Below are positions 38,061 to 48,935 of a stretch of DNA of 64,000 nt, in pieces. Position numbers and translations under genes: made by a program. Every line of letters starts with the position of its first letter. The first letter of the stretch is position 1. This DNA is from Felis catus (Eukaryota), in contig NC_058368.1 of the NCBI RefSeq assembly GCF_018350175.1, positions 9,300,001 to 9,364,000 on the forward strand. The letters run 5' to 3'. Under the pieces are notes generated by a model. It was not told where the DNA came from. It saw only the letters and a list, made by a program, of their open reading frames with translations, and did no database searches.

Positions 38061-38961
38061 TCATCCATTTTTTAACCACTTGATTATGGAAATTTTCAAA
38101 CATATAAAAGTGTAATGAAACCCCAGGTACCCATCACCCCTGTGTCAACACATGGCCAAATGCATTTCGTCTATATTCTCACCCGGTTTATCACCCCTTT
38201 TCCCAGATTATTTGGAAACATATCCGACACTATAATTTTCCACCCATAAGGACCTCAGTTGTATGCCTACAAGATAAGGGTTTTGAAAAAATTACAACAA
38301 AACCTATCGCGTTGAGTAATTAGTAATGCCTTTCTTTCTGGTTTTAATAGTTAGTAATTTCTTATGTCATCAAATATCCAGTCAGTGTTCAAATTTCTCT
38401 GTCTCTTGTATGTTTTTATCTTTTATCGCTGGCTCGTTCAAATCAAAACCAAAACGAAGTGCATACGCAGCATTGGGTTGACATCCCTTTTAAAGTCTCT
38501 ATCTATAGGTTTCCCCCTCCCTTCTTCCCCCCCTCAACATCTGTTAAGAAATCAAACCTTTGTCTTACGGAATTTCTCACATGTGGGATTTTGCTGATGT
38601 GGTACCCAAGGTGTCATTTAACACCTTTTTTTCCTCACTTGTAAATTCTCTAAACTGTTGGTTTATGTCTTACCTCTAAAGGCTTGTTCAGATTCAGGTG
38701 TGGTGGGGGTTTTCTTGGGGTGGGGGAGGCAAGAGCACCTCCCAGGTGGTGCCATGCCCTTCCTGGGGCCTCAGGAAGCACTGTCATGCTGGGTTGCCCT
38801 GCATCTGGTGATGTCAAGATTAGTCCCTCAGTCGGATGTTGCTGCCTGCTTCGCTCTCCAGAAAGCTCGTCGGCAGGTATTTGCTAATGGTTTTAGCAGT
38901 TACAGATGATCCGTTATTTTGTTAGGAATTACAAAATGATGCGATTCTAACCCTGTCATTG

Positions 38962-39394
38962 TGTCCTGGCTTGAATTATGACCCCTAGATTCATATGCTA
39001 AACTCCTACCCCCATGACCTCAGAGCCGGACTGTGTTTGGAAATAGGGTGTCTGCAGATGGAATTAAGTGGAGATAAAGTCAGACTGGAGTGAGGTGGGT
39101 CCCCTGCCCACTACGACTGGTGTCCTTAAGGGACATCGGGACACAAAGACAGACACACATGCGGGAAGAACGCCATCCGAAGGTTGGACTTATGCAGCCA
39201 CAAGCCCAGGAACTCCCCAAAGCTGGGAGAGAGACCTGGAACTACTCCCTCCCGAGTGTCTTCAGAGAGAGCGGCGCCCTGCCGACACCTTGATCTTGGA
39301 CTTCCAGCCTCCAGAACTGTGAGGCAATACATTTCTGTTGTTGAAGGTATTTGGTTTACGGTACTTTTGACAGCAGCCCTGGGCAACTAATGCA
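38962..39394 (+). mobile_element. MLT1C-like (MaLR) solo LTR
   Basis: TTTGGAAATAGGG...CTGCCGACACCTTGATCTTGGACTTCCAGCCTCCAGAACTGTGAG...GCAGCCCTGGGCAACTAATGCA; TSD CATTG/CATTT. Confidence 0.9.
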
Positions 39395-39844
39395 CATTTC
39401 TTCTGCAGTTTTTGATAGGGATTTACGTCTTAAAGAGAGAGGGAGCGCTCTTCCCTCGTCAGGTATTTGGTTCTTCTGAGGTGCAATTCGTACAGGCAAG
39501 GCAGGAAGTGTGCGTGGTTCGTTCCCCGTAGTACTCACTAGTTTTCAAAATATTGAATGGTTTCCTAGTATCCTCCAAAGGTGACCAGTGAGGTTTTACA
39601 CGTATAAACTGTAAATCTGAAAATAATTGATATATCTCAAACTATTGAAGTTATTCATCTTATTGATGATCAAATTGCCTTATCTTTGGCCAGAGGTAGT
39701 CCCTTCCAGATGCCTCTTGAGTCCTTTGGAAGAATATCCATTTGTTTGATGACTTTCTTGATTTTTGGTATAATAAGTTGTTCCGTGTTTGTCTTGCTGT
39801 TGGTAAGCTTCCATTTCTCCAAGAGCCTCTCCTTCTTCTTCTTC

Positions 39845-40045
39845 TTCTTTTCTAACTTTATTTATTTATTTTGAGAGAGAGAGAGAGAGTAAGGGCAGGG
39901 CAGAGAGAGAGGGAGAGAGAGAGAATCCCAAGCAAGCTCTGTGCTGACAGCGCAGAGCCTGACAGGGGGCTCGAACTCACTAAGTACGAGATCATGACCT
40001 GAGCGGAAGTCAAATGCTTTACGGACTGAGCCACCCAGGTGCCCC
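39845..40045 (-). mobile_element. CAN-SINE
   Basis: Reverse head GAGCCACCCAGGTGCCCC; (CTT)n at the tail. Confidence 0.92.
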
Positions 40046-40964
40046 GTGGCCTCTATTTCTTTTTTAATGGGAAATGATATTTAGAGACTACAATCTGGCT
40101 ATTAGCGATACTCATTGCTACCAGGTTCATTCCTGTTTCCAGACCTTTCTGGTGGATAGAGCTAGAAAAAAAACTTAAGAGAAAATACATCATGAGGTTA
40201 TGATACTTATTTCTTACACACTGGAATTCTTAGTTCTTAGTCATTCACTTTCTTTTAATAAATTATTTGGTTTATTTCACATATGTGTCTGTATTCCAAT
40301 TTTATTATATAGTTAAAATACAGAATAGTTGAGATATATGTATGTATATATATATATACACATATACATATCTATATACATAGATATATACACAAAGACA
40401 CGCACATATATATATATACTTCAAAATGGCAATGCCAATATGATTATTAACAATAATATTATTGAAACAGCCTAAGATTTCTTTGTGACTCTTTTAGTCC
40501 TTGGGCTATACGTATATATATATGTGTGTGTATATATAAGTATCTCCCACTGAAGATGTACAATCAAACTATTAGGTTTTAAAGTCATCTGACACAATTT
40601 TTGTCGATATGGTTAAGCCACTAAATTTATATACATTTACATCGTTTTCTTTTGCTTTCAACATTCTGGGGGGGGGGGCGGGGAATATGGTTTTGTTTTT
40701 GATTGAATTTTGTTTCCGAAGACATTCAGAGGGCTCCTAAGTCAAGCCTATGAAATAAAGATCGCCTAGTTTATATTGTCTCCTTTGTCGTCTGGTTTCC
40801 TCCCTAGGTAACACACAGGTAACAATTTTGGTTCCTCCTTTCATTAAAAATGTAAAGTTATAGGTTTGCAGGCAATTTTCCCCTGTCCTAGGACGTAAGG
40901 TAACATACCTTATATGCCATTTCTCCATTTCGCTTTTTTCACTTAACAACAGATCCTAAAGATC

Positions 40965-41003
40965 TTTTTTCTCAAAAAATTTTTTTGACATTAATTTATT
41001 TTT

Positions 41004-41034
<31 letters not shown>

Positions 41035-41204
41035 TGTGAGCAGGGAAGGGGAAGAGAGAGACAGAGGCAGACACAGTACCCGAAGCAGACTCCAGACTCT
41101 GAGCTGTCAGCACAGAGCCCAACACGGGGCTCGAACCCACAACCGTGAGATCAGGACCTGAGCCAAAGTCAGACACTTGACCGACTGAGTCATCCGGGCA
41201 TTGC
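40965..41204 (-). mobile_element. CAN-SINE
   Basis: GA tract; TSD core CCTAAAGAT. Confidence 0.9.
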
Positions 41205-41860
41205 CCTAAAGATTACTTTAGAGTAGGGTGTCATAATATGTCTCATTCCTTTCTGAGATGCAAGGTTCTCCGTGGTATGGATTAGACGGGGCCACGCTTT
41301 CTTCAACTAGTCCCCTAGTGAGGCACATCTGGGTTGTTTTTTCCCGTCTTTAGCTGTTACAAGGAGTATCGTGACAAATAACTTCGTGCGTAGACCTTAC
41401 CGTATTTTTGCCAGCCTATCTCAGGGATATTTTCCTGAGTGGGATTGCTAGGTCAAAGGCTAGAGTGCATACGTAATTTGGTTGAATATTGCCAAATTCC
41501 CCTTCAGAGGAGCTGCGTTAGTCTGTGTTCCCACCGGCGGTGTATAAGAAGGCCTATTGTCCCACAGCCTCACCAACAAACTTCTGGATGTTTGCCAGCA
41601 TAACAGATGAAAATGGTATTTTTATTCCATTCTAATTTGCATTGCTTTTTCTCATTTCACTAGTTTTAAAGGGAGAAGACACGGAGAAGTCTGAAAACAA
41701 ATTTGGACGTTTGGTGTTAAGTGAATGTTTGCCCTTCTAAGCCCAAAGCTCCGTAAAGGTAGGGCAGAGGCTGTTTGGCTCACTCTTGTATCTCTAGGGC
41801 CGAGCCCAGGGTCTGACGCGGAGGAGGCACTCGCCAGTGTGTAATGAAAAGGGTGAAGGA

Positions 41861-42125
41861 GGGGCGCCTGGGTGGCGCAGTCGGTTAAGCGTCCGACTTC
41901 AGCCAGGTCACGATCTCGCGGTCCGTGAGTTCGAGCCCCGCGTCGGGCTCTGGGCTGATGGCTCGGAGCCTGGAGCCTGTTTCCGATTCTGTGTCTCCCT
42001 CTTTCTCTGCCCCTCGCCCGTTCATGCTCTGTCTCTCTCTGTCCCAAAAATAAATTAACGTTGAAAAAAAAAATTAAAAAATAAATAAATAAATAAATAA
42101 AAAATAAAAATAAAATAAAAAAAAA
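41861..42125 (+). mobile_element. CAN-SINE, young SINEC_Fc, inserted in an L2 (GAAT)n tail
   Basis: TSD GAAAAGGGTGAA(G/T)GA (41846-41860 / 42126-42140); long A-rich tail. Confidence 0.97.
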
Positions 42126-42937
42126 GAAAAGGGTGAATGAATGAATGAATGAATGAAAGACAGGAACTGCTTTTTGGCCCGTCTCATAACGACACTAGGC
42201 TATCTTCAACACCTTCCCTTCACCTTTTCCTTCTCACACCTATAATTCAGGGAGCCCTTTGGAAGTCCCAATTAAACGTGAGTTTCACACAAAAAATAAA
42301 GTCGCAGAAGGGACTTGCTTCATACCCCGTCCATGAGGTTAATGAGTTGTGCGTTTTTAAGTAAGGGGTGGGGATGGGGTACAGCAAGAAAATGTTACTA
42401 CTGTTGACAGACACTGGGCAGACCAGCTTGGCCAGGTAAGCACTGGCACAGGAATGATGAATTGCCGGTTTAAGGGAGGCGATAATCTCCATGCAAATTC
42501 CCTGCCTCTTCCTTCCATCTCTTCATTCACAGACTCCCAGAATTGAAAGCAACTTCGGGGCTCATTGGCTCTTGCCCCCTGGTCAAGGGCATTCGGGCAC
42601 TCATCCAGCCTGTCCTTCCTTGTCCGTCTGGGAGAATGAGGAGCTCCTCTCAGAGGGCGGTCCTTGCTACCTGCGGCTGGACTAAGTCTAAAGGCTCCTT
42701 GACAGATAGCCCTCCAGAAAAATTCGTTGTCTTACCATTTATATTTATCTGTCTCCTGCCCCCCATCCCCTCCCCGAAAATCTCAATTAGCTTTACCCTT
42801 TCCTTAAATCACATGGCCCTTCACATGAAAACTCACTCCTAAAACCTCCACCCCTTCTTCCCAGCTAGACACTATCCAAAGCTACATTTCCTTGACCCCA
42901 TCAAAATTAAGGATTTCCACTTAATAAAAAAGTCATG

Positions 42938-43152
42938 GGGGCGCCTGGTGGCTCAGTCGGTTAAGCGCCCGGCTTCGGCTCAGGTCATGAGCTCATGGTT
43001 CGTGAGTTCCAGCTCCGTGTCGGGCTCTGTGCGGACAGCTGGGAGCCTGGGGCCTGCTTCGGATTCTGTGTCTCCCTCCTCTCTCTCTGCCCCTCCCTGG
43101 CTCTCACTCTCTCTCTCTCTCAAGAATAAATAAACATTAAAAAAAAAAATTA
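42938..43152 (+). mobile_element. CAN-SINE
   Basis: Head, CT tract, tail. Confidence 0.93.
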
Positions 43153-43362
43153 GGGGCACCTGGGTGGCTCAGTCGGTTGAGCGTCCGACTTCGGCTCAGG
43201 TCATGATCTCACGGTTCGTGGGTTCGAGCCCCGCAACAGGCTCTGTGCTGACCTCTTGCTCAAAGCCTGGAGGCTGCTTCGGATTCCGTGTCTCCTTCTC
43301 TCTCTGCCCCTCCCCTGCTCACACTTTGTCTCACTCTGTGTCTCAAAAGTAAATAAATGTAA
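43153..43362 (+). mobile_element. CAN-SINE nested in the tail of the previous SINE
   Basis: A-run+TTA duplicated on both sides. Confidence 0.92.
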
Positions 43363-44098
43363 AAAAAAAAAATTAAACAAAAATTAAACAAAAATCATAG
43401 ATGCAATGAAAAGGCAAATGACACATCAGGAAAACATTTAAAATGTCTAAACCTGACACGGTACAAATATCTACAGTGTCTAAGGAATTTTTGCAAGTCA
43501 ATTTTTCAAAACCTGAATAGATCAATAGGCCAAACACTGGTCAATTCACACAAGAGGAAACCCACAATGATAAGCAAATAAGAACTGTAATAAGCTATGA
43601 CTTTATACCTATCTGGCTGGAAACAATGAGAAAGTTGGCCGATGACAGGTCATGGCAGGGCTGTAAGGAATGCAGGACAGTCTTGTGATGCTGGTGGGAG
43701 TATAGATGGGGGGCAGCCCTTCTTTAGGACAATCCAGCAGTACTCGGGCACATGCGCTTACCTAGGACCCGGAAACCATATTCCTGGGAATGCTGCCAGA
43801 GAAAGTCTCACACTGGTCTCTGAAGGAAGGTGCATGGAGAGCCTTGTCGTGAACTTGATGGTGGGAACTGAGACTTGAAGGCACTCCAGCTGTCCATCAC
43901 TAGGGGAATAAGGAAGGGAAATGTGGTATGGAACAGAACACAGAAGCAAGGAGAAATGAAGCAGGGGTGCAGTCAGTTCTCATTACTGGCAGTTGGGCTG
44001 TATAAAGTCGCCACAAACATGAAATTAGCAAATACTCAACCTTTGCTCCTAGAGGAAATACCGAGTTGGAGGTTCCTACAAGCCTCTAGTCACAACAA

Positions 44099-44298
44099 TT
44101 TTTTTAAAAAGGGGTTTTTTTTTGATGTTTATTTATTTTTGAGAGAGAGAGAGAGAGAGAGAGAGCAGGGGAGGGGCAGAGAGAGAGAGGGAAACACAGA
44201 ATCTACAGAGCCTGATGCGGGGCTCGAACCCACAAACTGTGAGATCATAACCTGAGCCGAAGCCGGGTGCTTAACTGACTCAGCCACCCAGGTGCCCC
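44099..44298 (-). mobile_element. CAN-SINE with internal deletion
   Basis: Reverse head CCACCCAGGTGCCCC; central GAAGCAGGCTCC segment missing. Confidence 0.9.
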
Positions 44299-44667
44299 GG
44301 TCACATTTTTGGTCAGCTCATCAACACATAACCTTACTTTATGTGGGTTTTTTTTTTTTTTCTGTTTAAAGGCACCTTATTTAATCCATATTGTTGATTC
44401 ATTGAACAGCATTCAATGTTAACATTGAACTCATGGCTAACAGCTCTGTAACCCATGCCTGAAGGAAGCTTATCTATGTGAATTTTCTGCAAGGCATATC
44501 GCAGGCTTCTTGCACTGAGGAACTCTAGACAGCCCTTCAGCACTATGTTTGGGACCATTTTATACAGCAAACCCATCAAAAATGCACAGAAATATGAAAA
44601 ACCGAGCACCCGACTCTGGGTTACACAGTATGAGAGCTGAAACCGGAAAGCAGAGTGTCTTTGTTCT

Positions 44668-44898
44668 TTTTTTTTTTTTTTTAATTTTTTTTTTTCAACG
44701 TTTATTTATTTTTGGGACAGAGAGAGACAGAGCATGAACGGGGGAGGGGCAGAGAGAGAGGGAGACACAGAATCGGAAACAGGCTCCAGGCTCTGAGCCA
44801 TCAGCCCAGAGCCTGACGCGGGGCTCGAACTCACGGACCGCGAGATCCTGACCTGGCTGAAGTCGGACGCTTAACCGACTGTGCCACCCAGGCGCCCC
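44668..44898 (-). mobile_element. CAN-SINE, young full-length SINEC_Fc
   Basis: Near-consensus sequence. Confidence 0.97.
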
Positions 44899-44899
44899 C

Positions 44900-45015
44900 T
44901 TTTTTTTTTTTTTTTAATTTTTTTTTCAACGTTTATTTATTTTTGGGACAGAGAAAGACAGAGCATGAACGGGGGAGGGGCAGAGAGAGAGGCAGACACA
45001 GAATCGGAAACAGGC
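44900..45015 (-). mobile_element. 5'-truncated young SINEC_Fc
   Basis: 3' half only; TSD CAGAGTGTCTTTGTTCT (44651-44667 / 45016-45032). Confidence 0.93.
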
Positions 45016-46068
45016 CAGAGTGTCTTTGTTCTATCGCTGCTGAGAACGTATCTGTCGGTGACTCACATTTTTTTTCTTTACCCTGCTCATGTCCGTGAAT
45101 GACCACGGACATGCTCTCAAGCTCCTCAAGTATTGATTTGGGGGTTACAAATAAATTTTCGTGAGTAGGTGAATTTGCAAACCCAGAATCTGAGAATAAT
45201 GAGGATTGATTGTATACTCAGCAACCCTATTAGTTCTCACTGTCTAGAATTGAATGAAAAAAGCCAGAGAGAGAATCAGGTACACGGTACAGTACTATTT
45301 ATGTAAAAATGTGTACAAAGCAGCATCACACGGTTTTCAAGAGCCCACACATCTCAGGGGATACACGTCACCCCCTTAAAATGGTTGCCTCCTGGGCGAG
45401 GGAGAACAAAACAAGGAAATAAATGAATCAACAAATGAGAGACATCAGTGTGCCCAGAACGGAGTGTGACTAACTTACCGCCCTTTCCCCACCTTCCCTT
45501 TCTGCCCACTTTGTGCTTTGCGATGGGCCCCGAATCCCCATATTGTTGGCCCTTCCCTTCTCCAGGCTGAGATTCTTGAGGACAGGGACTCTGTCTTTCC
45601 TGTCTGAATATCATCCTTCTAGAATAGTTTCTGGCATATTTTATTTATTTGCTCTCTCTTAGGTTTTGATTTATACCCCTACGCCATTTCCAAAAGGATT
45701 CAAGACTGCAGCCCATTAAGGCTGGATGCGTTTGCTGAGTGAATACAGGCACGAGTACCTGAATGAACAGATGAATGGGTGATTTCCAGGGCTTTTCCGT
45801 CACATTCTGATCTCCTCCTTAGAATAAGTCCCAACATTACAAAAGGGGATGGCTAGTGCGGAGGAAGCTCTTATGTCCCTTGAAAGAGGCTCTCCCAAGT
45901 CGCGATAATGCAAACTCGCATTGCATTGGCATTTTGGACACTTACTGGTGATTCATATTCAGCTTGATGTAACTCAAACCTTCCAAGTCTTTTCCTCATG
46001 AATCACGTTTGTGTAGTTGGCTTTTTTCTTAACCTGCTGGATGTTATTCTTTTAGATAAAAGCTAGGT

Positions 46069-46104
46069 GATAGATAGATGATAGACAGATAGATGATAGA
46101 TAGA
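46069..46104. repeat. Imperfect (GATA)n microsatellite
   Basis: Direct read. Confidence 0.85.
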
Positions 46105-46783
46105 TTTCGCTTTAAACCATCAATGCAGAATATTAAATTGGTTTAAAATTTATTTCTGTTTTCCAGTATAGTGGCCATTCCCTCCCCCCAGTTCTGTGTC
46201 CCCTAAGGTTTAAGTTGTTGATAAAGCCTAGGATGACAGATAGCTTTGTGACAGGACATGCGTCACCTCTGGGAATGTTGGCCTCTGTTATTTCTTGTAG
46301 ACATGTTACACCAATCTTCTGTCACTTAGATTGAATTTCTCTTTCTCTCTTTCTCACATCACCTTTCAGGAGAAGGGTAGTGTGAAAACTTTGTAAGATG
46401 CCCATCTGAAATCCAAGTATGTTCTCTCCACACCGATCCTTGGATCTATCAACATGACCCTGTGCCATTGAGCCAGGGAGTTGGAAACACATGCTCCGTT
46501 GTTGTATAACACGGCACATCACCAATAGGGAAACAAGGTGACACAAGCACTCACAGTGAGTATTTATGAGTACTCACACAAGTACCTGCACGAGTACTCA
46601 CAAATGAGTACTCACACAAGGACCTGAAGCATCCAGGTCGGGGAGATGGTCAGCGATAGTACCTGGACTCAAAGCTTGGGCTCCTGACTCCATGTACGAG
46701 GGACTTTACAAAATGTCCTGTCACTGCAAGAGAGATCAAGCTGACGCCTGGTGACTGCTCCTTGCTTTTCCTCTATCGTTTGA

Positions 46784-47007
46784 TTTTTTTAAGTTAATTT
46801 ATTTATTTTGAGAGAGAGAGAGAGAGTGCACGCACAAGTGGAGGAGGGTCAGAGAGAGAGAGAGAGAGAGAGAATCCCAAGCAGGCTCCACGCTGTTAGC
46901 ATAGCGCAGAGCCCGATGGGGGCCTTGAACCCACAAACCCGTGAGATCATGACCTGAGCCTAGATCAAGAGTTGGACGCTTAATTGACTGAGCCACCCAT
47001 GCACCTC
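46784..47007 (-). mobile_element. CAN-SINE
   Basis: GA tracts, GAATCCCAAGCAGGCTCC body, reverse head. Confidence 0.92.
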
Positions 47008-47019
47008 TTTTGATCAATT

Positions 47020-47246
47020 ATTTATTAATTTTTTTAAGTTTATTTATTTATTTTGAGAGAGAGAGAGAGGTGCATGCATGCATGAGTTGGGGAGGGACAG
47101 AGAGAAGGAGAGACAGAATCCCAAGCAGGCTCTGTGTCATCAGCCCAGAGCCCCACCATGGGGCTTGGACTCACAAACCGTGAGATCATGACCTGAGCTG
47201 AGATCAAGAATCAGACGCTTAACCAACTGTACTACCCAGGTGCCCC
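47020..47246 (-). mobile_element. CAN-SINE
   Basis: Reverse head CCCAGGTGCCCC; directly adjacent to the previous SINE. Confidence 0.92.
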
Positions 47247-47833
47247 TCAATCTTTTAAATAAATCTACCCTGGGGTATTATTGGGGCTTCGTTTGATATC
47301 AGAAGAACTGAAGCCCAGGGAGTGTCCAGGGCTTTAAATAAACTAAGTCCCTAGACCAGATACATTGCATTCCAGAATACAAAAGCGACCTTTCTATGGG
47401 ATCCTATTAACATGGTGGGCGAAGGCCATAGCCCGAGCACAATTTTTGGAGAAGATTGAAATTGAGTGGACTTCTTTGAGGAATGGGAAGATTTTGACAG
47501 AAAGAAAAGCCTTTAAAATGGAAAATTGGAATGGCAGTACAGAGCTGGGAACGCATGGTCTGGACAATTACAAGGGGCAAAGGGACAGATGGGTCCACCT
47601 AATTGGAAAGGACGGGGTTAATCAGAACAGCGGGCTCCAGAGGCTCTAACTCCAGGCATGTTTCTCTCTGTCTCTCATCTGTGCTCAGTTTGCCCTCTCC
47701 TTTTTCAGAAAGGTCGCCCCAGAGACTGGCAACCTCAGCTATCACAATCCTAGTGGGAAAAGAGTGGCTTTTTGCTGATAATTCCAGAAATGTCCCAAGA
47801 AGGGCTCTCATCGGCTCCCCTCAAGGGAGTATC

Positions 47834-48037
47834 TTGAGTTGCTGGATTTAGCAAGTGAAAATACAGGATGCCTCATTAAATCTGAATTTCAGATTAAAAA
47901 AATGAATAATTTCTTAGTATAATTATATCCCCTGTAATATTTGGGACATATGGAAGAAATTACTTATTTACCTAAAATTCCAAATTTAAATTGGAATGCA
48001 GTTAAACAAGCATCCTGTATTTTACCTGGCAGTCTTA
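47834..48037. mobile_element. MER53 palindromic hAT MITE
   Basis: GATTTAGCAAGTGAAAATACAGGATGCC...ATATTTGGGACATA...CATCCTGTATTTTACCTGGCAGTCTTA with self-complementary arms. Confidence 0.85.
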
Positions 48038-48799
48038 TCCACGCACCAGTCCCTGTGGCCAGATGAGGCACTTAACTAGTCCACCCTGGGTCACATGCCC
48101 ATACCTGGATCCTAGGTGTGAGTTCGGCCCCATCCATTTGTCCCGTCCCCATTGTTCCATTCTACATATAAGGGAGCTGAATCACCAGAGGCCGGTCATT
48201 CCCTCAAGACCACAAATAGAGTGGATAGAATCTGGCAGAGTTTGGGAGTCCCTTTTTGGGCCTGCTCACCATCTTCCTGAGAACTCTGTGTTTTGGAAAT
48301 GGTATTATTAGCTCTCTCTAACGCAGCATTTCTGCTTAGAGAGAGGGGACCAATTCCTACGGACACTCAGGGTGTATCTACATTTTTGTTTCTGGCAAAA
48401 TCCCTAGTGAGGTGTTCTGTTGAAAGATAGGAATCTTTTCTGAAGGTGGATTTAAATCATGAAGGAAGGGGAGCTGAAGGAGAAGCCGGCGGACTCGAGG
48501 TTCAGTCCTGGTCTTGCCTGTGACTTCAGGTTCCCTGTTGAGACGGGCTGGGGACAAAGGCTGCCATGCCTGGTGAAAGCTGAGAGCCCGTGTCCACCAG
48601 GCACTGTACAAAGTACCTCACCGCTATCCTAAGCGAAAGGCCTCCCTGAAATAAAGGAGCCACATCCCAGGGCCAGCTTTCAAACGCAGTCACCACAGGT
48701 TATAATAATTTCCTGACAAATGGAAGTAAAACATCTTGAGGAGAAGACTTCCTGTTCTAATTTGCCTACTAACTTCTCACGCGCCCCAACGCCTTCCTT

Positions 48800-48935
48800 G
48801 TCCTCGTAAGGCAAGTGTTAGAATCCCCATTTTCCAGAGGAGACAACTTTGACTCCGTAGTTTCTTACCCAAAGTAAAATCTATTAACTGGCACAATAGA
48901 GATTTAAAGCCAGAGGGGCCTGATACCAAAGTGCT
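48800..48935 (-). mobile_element. MIR
   Basis: ATCCCCATTTTCCAGAGGAGACAACT core. Confidence 0.55.

Larger units (their letters stand above)
38068..41660 (-). mobile_element. Old L1 (L1MC4/5-like) 3' region, fragmented; hosts MLT1C and two SINEs
   Basis: TTATGGAAATTTTCAAACATATA...TCATCAAATATCCAGTCAGTGTTCAAATTTC; GGGATTGCTAGGTCAAAGG...TATTGCCAAATT near 41440-41500. Confidence 0.65.
43970..45212 (+). mobile_element. MER82 (TcMar-Tigger) non-autonomous DNA transposon, full length, carrying three SINEs
   Basis: TIRs CAGTCAGTTCTCATTA...TAATGAGGATTGATTG followed by TA; internal segments TATAAAGTCGCC, GCTCCTAGAGGAAATAC and GTATTGATTTGGGGGTTACAAATAAATTTT match the recalled MER82 consensus. Confidence 0.88.
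43395..45390 (+). mobile_element. Old L1M 3' fragment hosting MER82
   Basis: GAAAAGGCAAATGACA...GCTGGTGGGAGTATAGATGG...TGTCCATCACTAGGGGAAT; resumes after 45213. Confidence 0.6.
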
